Position numbers and translations under genes: made by a program. 59,570 bases of DNA from the NCBI GenBank assembly GCA_002633005.1, contig NMRA01000007.1, positions 243,484 to 303,053 on the forward strand, written 5' to 3'. Source of the stretch: Phoronis australis. Taxonomy: Eukaryota; Animalia; Phoronida. Positions 1 through 12,100 of this stretch are shown here, piece after piece; positions within the stretch are counted from its first letter, which is position 1; every line of letters begins with the position of its first letter. The notes beneath the pieces are model-generated. The model worked only from the letters and a program-made list of their open reading frames with translations. It made no database searches and had not been told where the DNA came from.

Positions 1-130
1 AACGCGTGAGAGAAGGACTTTAAAGCGATTATAAACCAGCCTTCCATCACAAAAACGTTCTTTTGATCTAGACTACTTACAGTTATGAATTTGGTCTCAA
101 GTGGATCCTTACTCAGATTACTGTCGACGT

Positions 131-359
131 CAGGGGTTGTTTCTTGAAGAGTCTGTTGTCTTTTTCCTAAAAATCAATCTACGGTTGTATGACTCAGCCT
201 ATTTCTCGAAATCGGGTTAAGGCTGAAATTTAGAAAATCTGCCAACAACTCCGAAGAAAAAGGACAGAAATACGCAGCCTGCTCGGGCGCAAACTAAAAG
301 TCATAACCAAAAGACTAAAATGAACTTTGGCTATAGACTCTTCGAGAAACAAGTACCAG
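131..359. mobile_element. Degenerate MITE
   Basis: TTGTTTCTTGAAGAGTCT / AGACTCTTCGAGAAACAA inverted pair with inner GGTTGTATGACT / AGTCATAACC. Confidence 0.5.
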
Positions 360-1357
360 AGCTACCAAAGAACTGGTAGTTCGTTATTACTTGAAGCGAA
401 CGGTCTTTAAGTTAGCTCAATTATCAGAGCGTGTTATTCATTCATGCGCGTCGTAGAACGGTGAACTGTCAGCTCATTGCAAGACTAGAAATCACTTGTC
501 GCCGGTTTGGGTAAGGAACAAGTTGAGACCAATTTTATAGCGGCAAGCGGCCGAAATCATACAAAGTTTACTTTCCTAATGTTATGCGGGTTTATAAGAT
601 CAGCTCCACTAGAGAAACCCGTCACTACAAGCCAAAGGGTCCTCTGTTGAAGTGTCCGCTTATTGTAATTCTAATTGGTGGATAGTAACATAGTAAGACC
701 CTATAGAGGATAGTAAACTTTTATTGTTGGAAAGATGCCTAGAGGGATTTCCCTAGCGGTAAGATCTCGCACTAAAATGTTGTCACGAATGTGACTGTAT
801 TTGAATGGTCATGTTGAGAGAACAAGGAAGCAATCGGGGTTGACTCAATTCGAGAAAATGGAAACTGTCAATTTAAATCTGAAAAACGAGTCGATTTTAG
901 TAAATGACTATCTGTAACTTTAAAGCTATAATTTTGTCACCGATAAGGTGCAGTCCTTTTGCACGGAAGATTGAAGTTACTTTTTAAGTCAATATTAGTG
1001 TGTATATTCCTTGTCAAAGTTAGATTCTGCGAGGTTATCTGCTCATGATGTAACCACGAGTCAGTATTTTCAGACACAAAAAACATGACGTTGCCTCACT
1101 GTCTGCCATCAAAAGCAATATCAAGCAATCATTTAAAGTCTGCTTTTGACAACTGGGCTTCTTTTCTTCTGCATCCCTTTCCAGTAAATAGTCTCTTTGT
1201 CGAAATATGTTTAAGAGGACTGACGAAATGACGTCGATTGCCACGACATGTTTGGCAGTTCTAGGTGAGCCAAATCGTAGCCGAGACGGTCTCGCCACCT
1301 GGTGACCGTGTTAGATTGTTCTCGCCGCGTATACCAGCAATGGTGGTGGCGGTGGTA

Positions 1358-1506
1358 CATGAGCGGCGCAGCACTGAAAAGAAAATGGGGGCTATAGCCC
1401 CCCAGCGCCCCTGTGGTACACTAGCCATAGACCATAGGCGGGGCAGCATTGAAAAAAAAATGAGAGCTATAGCCCCCCCAGCGCCCTTATGGTGCACTGG
1501 CTCATG
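1358..1506. mobile_element. CATG-ended mini-transposon (tandem dimer) with 5-bp TSD
   Basis: CATGAGC...GCTCATG flanked by TGGTA/TGGTA; two ~75-bp related units; same family as 20494-20560. Confidence 0.75.
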
Positions 1507-2298
1507 TGGTAGTGACGGAGGTCAATGAAATTTATTTCAGCGAGTAAGAGATTAAATAAAGCGACAGTAACAAAAAAGGACAACGACATTAATTAATATT
1601 TGTTTAAACGATTACATCAAACATGACACGTTTACTAGACATACCTGTCACTTGTGAAACCAACGTTGATGTGACGAGGATTCCAAGCAAAGCTTTCAAA
1701 AGCATACTAACTACTCGTCTCCACCTTGCAAGGCGTACTTTCAAAACGGCAACACCTGAAGATAGAGAAAACGCCGTTACGCCTTTGTTTCCCAGTAGTT
1801 GTTTTAATTGATTCAGAATCAAATAACGCGCTGTAAACGCACTTCGCAAATCGAAATTCGTGAAAAAGGTGTTCGTGTTACAAAGAGAAGCTTATTATTT
1901 AAAAATGTATGCCAATTGTATTTTAGAAAATACGTCTATCATTGTAAATTATCTTTTGTTGCACGTAAATCGTCACTTGCAATCATTTACCGCTTTATAT
2001 TGCCGGAGACTTGTCAATTTCGTAACTAAATTATTAGCACTTTAATGACCTCACACCCGTACGTGAGACATGAGAGCACACATTTCTGTAAAACATGACG
2101 AATACAAATACGACGACACGCAAACATCAAACAAGAACAAAATGCTTTGAAGATCGATCGTTAGATAGATTATTCGACCACATTTCAAACCAGCCAGTAT
2201 AGCAACCTCTTCGTTTACAGCACCTGCACGCTAAGTGTTGTTATTTTTAATTATTATGCCAAGGTATCTGCATTTTTGTAGTTGGTAACACTGAACAC

Positions 2299-2452
2299 CA
2301 GGGGCGGATCCACGATTTTGAGTTGGGGGGCCAGGGCAGAATAGCCAGGATTTTGCCCTTCAGATATTCGCACCCCCGAACTGCCAAATGGAACCTGGGA
2401 GAACTTTAGGGGAGGCCATGGCCCCCTTGGTGCACCTCTAAATCCGCCACTG
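2299..2452. mobile_element. Short hAT-like MITE
   Basis: TIRs CAGGGGCGGATCCA / TAAATCCGCCACTG; TSD not clean (AACAC / AACGG). Confidence 0.65.
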
Positions 2453-2573
2453 AACGGCAGACTTTCAAATACCTGCCAAACCATGAAAGCATGAATCTTT
2501 GAACCCTTTGATGATCACAACGATTTAGTACGTGTGAAAATAATGGCCGGCCTTTTCTGTTCTTGAGTTGAGG

Positions 2574-3502
2574 TAAGCAATGACCATCGCCTCTATTGGC
2601 CCGAACCAGAGGCGATGCAGAGGCTATAGGCGCTCTGTACGCCGGAAGCTTTTCGGCGAATTATGCCTCGCACCGACTAAACCATCAAAGTCACGTTGTT
2701 ATAAATACCTTTTGCGCATAGAGGAACACCTTAGGAGGTTGTCGATGTGTTTAATTCCTTCCAACTCGAACAAATACTCCCGTTATGAAACTTTTTCTTC
2801 GAGCAGTCCCTATTTCAGTTCCCAAAATCGTGAAATCAACATTTTCATTTTTTTAACCAGGCCGAAGGTCAGAAGTTGCGGACCTACCGGCGAACTTTGA
2901 AAGCTGAAGTTCCCGCCCTTCGCGTACGTGCTGCCGGGAACCAGCCGTGCATTTGCCGTGTTGTTAAACATTAAAATGTCAAATATGTGCACAAAGACTA
3001 TTAAATGTCATATCAACAGCATTTAGTTTTATCAAATACAAACAATAATTCATTGAAATACAATCAGTTTCAAGTAACGCCAATTAAAGACAAGTATAAG
3101 TGGTGGCATTTTGGAAATGAACATTTGACTGACAAGACCACAATGGCTCACCTTTGGCCTATTTAAAGATTGAGTTCATGAAGTCACATCACCTAGCGAG
3201 CGCGGTAAAAATTGGAGCGTGCGCAGTATAAAAATGGTGAGTTCACGATTTTGGGAACTGAAATAGGGACTGCTCGAAGAAAAAGTTTCATAACGGGAAT
3301 ATTTGTTCGAGTTGGAAGGAATTAAACACATCGACAACCTCCTAAGGTGTTCCTCTATGCGCAAAAGGTATTTATAACAACGTGGCTTTGATGGTTTAGT
3401 CGGTGCGAGGCATAATTCGCCGAAAAGCTTCCGGCGTACAGAGCGCCTATAGCCTCTGCATCGCCTCTGGTTCGGGCCAACAGAGGCGATGGTCAATGCC
3501 TA
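2574..3502. mobile_element. 929-bp non-autonomous DNA transposon with ~270-bp TIRs and 9-bp TSD (MULE/foldback-like), copy 1
   Basis: 2574-~2845 is the near-perfect reverse complement of ~3231-3502; GAGTTGAGG at 2565-2573 and 3503-3511; no transposase ORF. Confidence 0.92.
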
Positions 3503-3682
3503 GAGTTGAGGTCGTTTCTTCTATACTCACGACCAGTTACTCAGTCATCTAGACCTTTTCATATGATAGTAGAATATAATTCCTATCCCCAACAACACCT
3601 AGAGGGCATGGGCAATTAAATTTTGTGATGCCATGGTCAAGTTTGACATTGTTGGTTGAATCTTTCAGGAATAGATTGCTTT

Positions 3683-3907
3683 GTGATTACCCATCCGGAA
3701 CACCTTCGATACTTTCGTAGCCTAAAAATTTCTCTCGGAGGCGAATGTTATCTGCGCATGTGCAAAGCTTCAGTCACGTGAAAAAATATGACTTTCAAAC
3801 TAGAGAATGGTTAGCAGTATGACTGACGTTTGCACATGCGCAAATAACGTTCACCTCCGAGGGAAATTTTGAGGCAAAAATACTTGGTATTCCAGATGGT
3901 CTATCAC
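3683..3907. mobile_element. Hairpin MITE with ~95-bp imperfect arms
   Basis: GGAGGCGAATGTTATCTGCGCATGTGCAAA / TTTGCACATGCGCAAATAACGTTCACCTCC; related sequence at 6380-6935. Confidence 0.7.
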
Positions 3908-4193
3908 ACTGATCTCTCAATTCGATGCTATTGCTATCATGACTAGGGATAATGGTGGGTGTATGATGTTGAAGGGGGGCCTAACTGCGATTTTCTAACG
4001 AAAACATTCGAGTAACCTCCAAAACATGTCTGCGATGTTTCGTTTGGTCGTGTCTGTAGAGAGGAAGGTCCAAGCACTCTGGCACCCCTAACTCCGGTAT
4101 GAGGAAACTTTTTGAGGTAGTTATTTAGAGTTTTTCTGTTAATTTCAAGATGTCCATGTCTAGGCCTGCAGAGGAGACGAAATGGCATTTTAA

Positions 4194-4520
4194 AGGGACA
4201 TAGTCAAGTTTAACGACCAAAAACACGTTTCGGTTTATAGTTCGATGGGATCGATATCTTGAAGCTGTTAACTTTGACCAGGGTTACACAACAGAAAAAA
4301 CGGTTCGTTTTTGTGCTTTTATCACACCTCGCCAATTCTTGCCGTTTTCTGCCAGACATTTGCGGAAATCAAGGCCGGTGACTTTACAGTTAAGTACGCT
4401 TTGCTCATTCGTTTGTCCAGCTCCACCACCTAAGTGTTGGACTGCAACCGCAAAGTTTATGACTTCGATTCCGCGTTGATTTCTGAGAACCACTTTTTCT
4501 AGCCAATACTGCATGTTCCT
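4194..4520. mobile_element. Kolobok-like MITE (TTAA TSD)
   Basis: TTAA|AGGGACATAGT ... CTGCATGTTCCT|TTAA. Confidence 0.6.
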
Positions 4521-4662
4521 TTAACCTTGTCGTGATTTTTTGGATTATATAAGTTTGTTAAAGTGGGATTTAACTGTGCTTTCTGTCAAAAATAATCTTG
4601 ATTTTGGCCACTCACCTACCGTTATAAAATTTGTCTTGTCTTGTTCCTTGCTCAGTGTAGTG

Positions 4663-5070
4663 CTTGCGCGCACCCAGGCTAAAAAATGGGGGCTCGAGTT
4701 TTTGAGAATGTGGGTTTTTTACTAAAAAACGTGGTACGTTTACAGCTGTGAATTGACCTATCGCCAGGATTTTGAGTGACGGCTGAACTGACCATTTAGA
4801 ACGCAGCATTATTGGCACACCTTCGTTTCCAAGGCGCCATTTTACCCGACAAACAACATGTTGCTGGGTAAAACTCATTGTTTGTTACTCGACATGACGC
4901 AAAGGGGCGGAGCTTGCGATAGGTCAATTGTGCATTCGCCGAATGTTGGTAGCTCCTGCCTTTTTAGTGGACTTTTATCTCGTTTTCTACTTTTTCGGAC
5001 TTTTTGTTTCTCTGAGGCGGACCTTTTTGCCCACTTTGCCCCCCAAGCCCCAACTGGGTGCGCGCGCATG
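4663..5070. mobile_element. MITE with CATGCGCGCACCCAG-type TIR and 5-bp TSD
   Basis: Flanked by TAGTG/TAGTG; homologous to 19627-19899. Confidence 0.8.
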
Positions 5071-6379
5071 TAGTGACCTCTTACCTCGGAAAGAACCGAC
5101 ATCTTGCTATTTCTTCAGACCAAGCTCATAAAATTTCCGGTCACGTGCGCTTGGTCTGAAAAAACAAAGAACTCCAAGTTCTTTTGAAGCCCTCCACTCA
5201 CGTGCAACTTAACTAAAAACAATTTGAGACTAGTAACTAGTATCATGATTGTTGTTTTCTTTTTGGCAGAAAGCATGGGTTTAATGTTGCTTCAACAGAT
5301 GTGTTTGGATTAAGTGACATTACCGGCGAGATAGGGTTTTTTGCGAGATTAGCCGCAGCGGGAATTTAGTAAATTTCAGCGAGACAACGGCGAAAACTGA
5401 CAATGTGTAATGAAATATAAAACTCGGCGGATTTTACACTTTTGATCAAAAAGTCTATCCCATCCCAAACATGCTTTTTTCAGACGTAAAAAAACTACAG
5501 TGGTTCCTTTACTACCGAAATCTACTTGAGGCGCAAATTCGAGTTAAAAAACCAAGACTTATGTACATGTAGTTGAATTTTGAAGTTTTCTTCTTTGAAA
5601 CTCGCATTTGCCTTGGTACACACAATGGGTACACTTGATTGATTTCGCTGGGATGACTAGCTAAGACATCTGAGGGGCTCTCGATGACGTCTTCCGACTT
5701 ACAGACCAATGAGATGACCCGGCGGAACCGGTGAAGTCAATCAAGTGCAGTCACTCTTTAATTTTCTAACGGTACAAGCGAGAGAAACAACAAGATGTCT
5801 TTCATTCACAAGTTTTAGACAATCGAATACATAATGAAGTTCATCATCAACACCATTTCCTTATTTGTAGATGACGTCATGTGCTGTTTGAAGTGTTTTA
5901 TATGACGTCAGGCTGTCGTAACAAGCATGTTACTGAAACAAAACGGCATCACTAAAACCAAAAACAAGTGCTGCTATGCCCTTTCAGCTGCATAAGAAGA
6001 AAACTATAGGTTCATAAGAGTGCATCTGCATTTATTGACTTTCTGACCAACATTTCTGTTTAGGGTAGCTGGTGGCGACATGGGTAATGTCTATTTAAAT
6101 GCTGTCCTATCAATTATTAACAAGCTCATCGTACGCCTCAAAAATCAAGTCAAGTTCCAGATAATATCGAGGTTAATACGCTTAGCCTTGTTGCTTCTTC
6201 TTTGAGCAAGCTCGTGTACGAGTTACGTATCTGGGTGGATTAAATTGTAGCAACCATAATTAGGATAAAATTTCAAAAATACACTTCTAAATGTGGTTAA
6301 GCCTCCCCCAATCTTCTTACATAACTCAAACTCGAACCAATTTTGGGCGTGAGCAGCCATGGTTCACCTCACTACTCAT

Positions 6380-6935
6380 TCAGAACACCTCGGATGTTTT
6401 CGTAAACTCAAATTATCCTTCTGAACACCCGGAACACCTCTGGTATTTTCGTAATCTCAAATTATCCCCCGGACTATAACGAAGATGATTCATGTCTGCG
6501 CATGTGCACACTTCCATAATTACAGCAAACCAATATTGTCCCATCTAAAAACATGGCTTCAACCTAGGAGGTCCGAAAGGTCTAAAAATCCCTACTCTGC
6601 TTTCCGATGTGCTCTTGTTTTATTAACCATGTTATCTGGCAGGGGAATTCTGGCGCATTCGACGGCGTTCTCCATTTTGAGCCACAAGACCCGCCTGCTG
6701 TAATGATTGATGTCCGCCTAAGCGCATATGAAACGCCCCGAGTGATATTTTGAAACTACGAAAATACTCGAGATGTTCTCGGGTGGAAACGCAATATGCG
6801 CATGTGCGGACTTCAGTCATACGGCCAATCATTTTCCAGGTTTAAAAGTCACATGACTTCACATGTGACTGAAGTCCACACATTCGCAGATGACGTTCGC
6901 CTTCGAGAGTAAATTTGAGGCTACACAAATAGCCG
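6380..6935. mobile_element. Cluster of related MITE copies (TIR pair 6426/6785 plus a partial copy of the 3683 family)
   Basis: CACCCGGAACACCTCTGGTATTTTCGTA / TACGAAAATACTCGAGATGTTCTCGGGTG; GCGCATGTGCGGACTTCAGTCA / TGACTGAAGTCCACACATTCGC. Confidence 0.6.
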
Positions 6936-9090
6936 AATTGTTGTTGATAACTCATGTTGAAAACAACGACCTGTGGCTGTGACTGGACAGCGATCTCGTG
7001 AGCCGAAGGGCTTGCAACACCAAAACCAGATGTGCTCCATCTTACGTATAATAAATCGCATGCAACATTAGGTCCCGAAAAATCGTAAGCTCCCGTCTAC
7101 GTGGTACCATTTGTCGTATACGACATTTCAATACCACAATGCTATACATTGGAATCATTTCTATTAGCTAGTTGAGCTTGTGTTGCCTTGTTTACAATGC
7201 CAACACCCCAACTGTTCGCTTGGATTCGACATGCCCAATGCAAACTTGTCAATTTAATCAATTTCTGGATACTCTAACTCCTTAATTGTAATTATTAGCC
7301 AAACTTGAAGTTAGCCCGTCAGGTGGACAGGAAGTTACTGAACACATGACACAAATCACAGAACTGGTCAAATTTGCATAATTTGCTTGATCAGTTATTT
7401 TTTTGTGATTGGGAATCGATTTGTCATTGTGGAAAAGGCATATAAAAATGCAGTTGATAAAGCGTCTTACCAGTCTAAAAACCCTTCAGCTTTCTTTCTG
7501 TTCTGTGTTAATTCATGATTTTCGTGACGAATTTATTGAAAAGCGCGTCCCCACACTATGGATGTATTCAGGAACTATTACCGTGATGTCAGGTCAGTGT
7601 TCAATAAAAACGTCCCTAATTTACCTGACAGGCCGCTGCATCAAATCTCAGCGATCGAGAAGAAACGAATCACCGACTCTGAATTATTAATGCGTAATAT
7701 CAAATTGTAATCCTAAATCATTGCGAAATGACATTTGACAGCGGAATTCATTCCCGCACGCGTTTGTCAATCAATGTCTAAAATTTATTCTATGTTAATC
7801 AGTTTGAGCTGACAAAGGTAATTTATTAAAACAGTGAGAAACCACAGATTGTCTGCTATAATTGGATTAAGCACAATTTACCTGCCATGTTAAAGATATT
7901 CACTTTACCAGACAAAAATACTATTTCAACCGTCTGTTCTTAGTATGCGATGCGCCCATATTACGTGTCGAAATTTGGCGACCCAAAGACACCTCAACCG
8001 ATACTTGACACAATCAATGGCCGCTACAAATGACGCTCTGTATCAAAAATGACTTTCCTTACTAACGTAATTTTTTATATTCCGTGCTTTTGCAGGTTAA
8101 CACAGCCGCATTTTATCCTTTGTTTGAATTGAAATTGGCTATAATGAAATATGTGGAAATACCTTCGACGGCCATTGTGCTACAGGGGCTGAAACATGTG
8201 GTGACAAGCTTGCTCTGAGGCAATAACCAACTAATGGATCTTCTCATGCAAACACGATTTCTAATCTGATTAAGGAACAAGGTGGGTCCGACAGTAACTA
8301 GCTTACATGAAAAAGTTGCTTTTTTGACAGAAAGCGCAGGTTTATTCCATCTGTTCAATGAAAATTGACTCACCAGTTGCAAAATAATAGACATTGAATT
8401 GTACTCAGTTTAACACTGACAATTAAATGAAAAAATACTCAGACTGTATTAAGACAAGTTTAGACACACACAGAAAACACTCACATACGCACAGACAATG
8501 GGAAGCCACTTGTGCCTGTAAGTGATAATTAGGCGCACAAACAAAAGTTTTCCATTATTTCATATAAAGGCGCACGGGCCTTTTTAAGCGATTATTGAAG
8601 ACATTTGATCTTTATTGGTCGCTTCAGTGATGGACACTGCCGTCCAAATTCATGAGCGGAGGGCGCCAAGCAACCAACTCCCTGCCCCAAACCCGCCGCT
8701 TTCTACACCTACGAATGAAAACGAAAATGACTAAAATTTCACTTTTCTGGAGACTAAAGGCATACTTTGAACCTTTCCCACAAACGCAACCGTAATATGA
8801 CTTGAGACTGTACCCTGCATAAGGCTGTGATACGTTTTTGATGACGTAATCATTTCAAAAATACAAACAATGGATAAAAACATCCTGACGACACCATTAA
8901 AAATTTTCACCCAATATAGTACTAGCCGGAGACCCTGTGGCAAAGAGAACAGGTCTCTGGTTTTAACATAGTATTAACAATAGCTTGCTAGCTTGTTGGA
9001 AAATCTGGCAAGGCTAATTATTAAGCCCATGCAAAAAACTTACTGTTAAAGCTACATTCACCCAATTTAGCTGGCTAAAAACAACGGCGA

Positions 9091-9177
9091 TAGTCTGATA
9101 TAAAGTGCCCGTATTTTGAGAACCAGTTTGATGCCAGTCACTCAATGGAGAAAACTGATTCTCAAAATTCGGGCATT
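9091..9177. repeat. ~90-bp dispersed hairpin element, copy 1
   Basis: GTGCCCGTATTTTGAGAACCAGTTT...AAACTGATTCTCAAAATTCGGGCAT; recurs at 36170. Confidence 0.75.
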
Positions 9178-12100
9178 ACCAAAACGACAATTGCACAAGC
9201 CTTTTACTCTCATTTAATCGGTCTCCTACTATTCCTAACGGCTAAAGGATTCCATTTTCGTTATCAACAACAACAAAACGCTTCAGAGCTTGTTGGGGTT
9301 GGCCAACCAAAAAATTGTGAATTCGAAAATATGTCGCATGTACGTCTTTGTCTGCCGGTGACTCGAGTTGCCTGCCCATTTGGCAACCAGTCAAGATAGA
9401 GTGAGCGTGGTTACCACAATGTTTTTAAAGCATAAAGCGCTTTGATTGATAATTCAAAATATACAGCTAAAAAGCAGCGAAATGGAGTTTTAAGTTACGC
9501 TTTTGTGTAAAAGGCTTTCAGCGAAACCGTCCCTTTGTTTCTAACCTTTATCTTGTATAATTTCCGAAATGTTATCTTACGTCATCTTCAGATAAAAATG
9601 AGTGTAAGTTTGACAAAGTCTCATGTTCTCTCGCATCTCTTATCGGCATAAGCCCTACCTTAAATAGTCATGAATCCTAGTTCCAAAAAAGACAACACCC
9701 ACGAATATCTTGTGCGGGTGTTCACGATAATCAGAGCAAAACTTTTAATGGACATTCGACAGTGTGTAGCTTATCATGTCGTAAGCCAAGGCAAGATATG
9801 AAGAAAGACTATATATTACGGAGAAGGTTACGAGGAAAAGCTGACTTTCAGTGAATTAAAAGCTGATAAGGGACTCATTGTTTTCACTTGCCATCGATGT
9901 TCAAGAATACTGCTGGATTTCATCAGATTCTTATTTTGTTGAATGATAACCGTATTCTCAATAATAAGCGCTGGGCCACTGAAATGTGTCGTATTAATCA
10001 GACACGGTAATTTTCAAATCAGCCCACTGGGAAATATATCAGCGAACTAGCGAAGGACGTCGTGGAAAGGAAACTGTTCCCGAGAGACTGATACAGAGTT
10101 GAAGGACGTGGCAGGCACCATGTCATTAGACGTCTGCTACTTACACCTTTCAATGTAAAACTCTGGTTACAGGTCTGAGGAGGGGACTAATAAACCTGGT
10201 TGAAAAGCATTGCGGTGCACAGGCGCCACGTGTTCTCTCGAATTCTACGCTGTCTCCGTTGATTCCACAAGGTATTTACCGAGTTGCCAAGTTCGAGAGA
10301 CATAGCTTACATTTTTACGGGACATGTGGAACATAAACAAATTTTCCAAGAAGTAGTGGGAAGGCTGAACCGGTGGTAGATTTTGAACACTTTTACTGTT
10401 TTTTACTGTTTTATTAACTTGAAATGAATAATAAATGACTAATAGATGACTAATGACTACTCATTTGGAAACAGTCGCTTTTTGAAATTCATCGTTGACT
10501 TCGATGCATCATAAAATAAATGAATACTGACTGCCAATCACAACTCGTTTTTCATGTTCTATTGCTTCTGATGACGTCACGCCTTCAATACCGCATCATA
10601 AGAAGTTTGCATTCAACACAAAAGAAAACCAACTATAAAGTACATCCTGATAAAAATCAATTTCGTTACATAAATTTTGTTAATGTCTGATCGCGAGTAG
10701 AACACCAACAGACTGTGTGAGTATTCTTATTAAACAATGAGAAATGTGAATTTCGAAAGTTGATTCAATTGACTTTGCTGGCGGATATGGTGATTTTTTC
10801 ATTGATGAGTTACAACAAAAACGACAATTCATGCTTTGAAATTGGTTGTTATATCCTCAGACAAACTGAATTCTTCCACACTGAAGTGGATTTGGATGGG
10901 AAGGTGACACTACGATCAAACCTCAAAAAACGTCGCCAGCACGCTGTTTTAAAAGTTATGCGAAAATTTTCCTCATGTTCGCGGTAGCCTCCTTCCGACA
11001 TTATAGACACGACAATGGAGTATACCTATAGCTCTTGAAATCAAGAGTGGGTACGTCAATTCTTCAAGTCTGTCATATTTCGATCTTCAAATTTTGACTA
11101 CATTCTTGAAAATAACCAAATTCTCACAAGACGTTGTATTTTGGCCGCTGTGCGGTGCCAGTCATGGTCATAACGCAATGCAATTTTCTGAATGTATATT
11201 TTTTATTGTAGAGTTTGTCTGACAAAATAAATTTCCACTTGTCCGCCATTTGTTTGATAAACAGGTGAAGAATGCTGTAATACTTATCTAAGATTCCTTA
11301 TACTATTTTTGGATCGATATTTAGTTAATGCAGGAAGAAAAATATTCATTTTGGGACAGGAACAGCAATTGTAATATTCTTGTACCTCAAAAATAAACAA
11401 AAAATCAGCAGTGTGTTCCGAAGTGACCACACTCTATCCTTACTATAATTGACCATGGAAACCATAGAAATTAAGTTGCACCTTTTTTACAATACGTGTC
11501 ATGTCTAAATTCTCAACAATGAAATGCATATTTTACCCGCTATTCCACTATACCACCTGCATTTACTATAAACAATGTCGCTTCGCCAGTTTTAATTCAT
11601 ACCTCTTGAAAATTCTTTGTGAAAACTTTATCTTACTCAAAACATCAAAAACCCTTTTAAGCAGATTATCTTGCGCGGATAATTACAAGACCAAGGTGTC
11701 GTACAAAACGGTTGCGGTACATGACACAAACACTCGGATAAGCTGTCTTCTTAATAAGTTTAAAATTAGCAATCCTTATGTCTTAATTTAAAGAAATCGC
11801 ACAAACTCTGTAATCAGAAGGTGAGTAATAGGAATTACAGAGATTACGTCCAGTTGCAGATTACAGTAGTATGCTCACCTTTTTAACGCCGATCTTTGCG
11901 GAGAATGCCTAGAGAGAAGACTGGAAAACGAACGCGTTTGACAGACTGTATCCGGTACGGTACCGTATTAGCTAGAATCTCCGACCAACTTAGTGGTCCG
12001 AACTCGAAGGAACCGGTTGAAGGTCATGAGTCGTAATACGCAACAGAACGAAACAGAGGCGTTTATAGGCAAATGTCTCGTAATTTCATGTGACGCCACG

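Noticed and set aside
2580-3496. Repeated ~106-aa ORFs MTIAS[IV]GPNQRR... (also at 33775 and 58792) as a gene family
   Set aside because: They lie mainly inside the TIRs, appear on both strands by symmetry and show no recognisable domain
8921-8961. Helitron 3' end (hairpin next to CTAG on the minus strand)
   Set aside because: A single short hairpin with no second copy or 5' end found in the window
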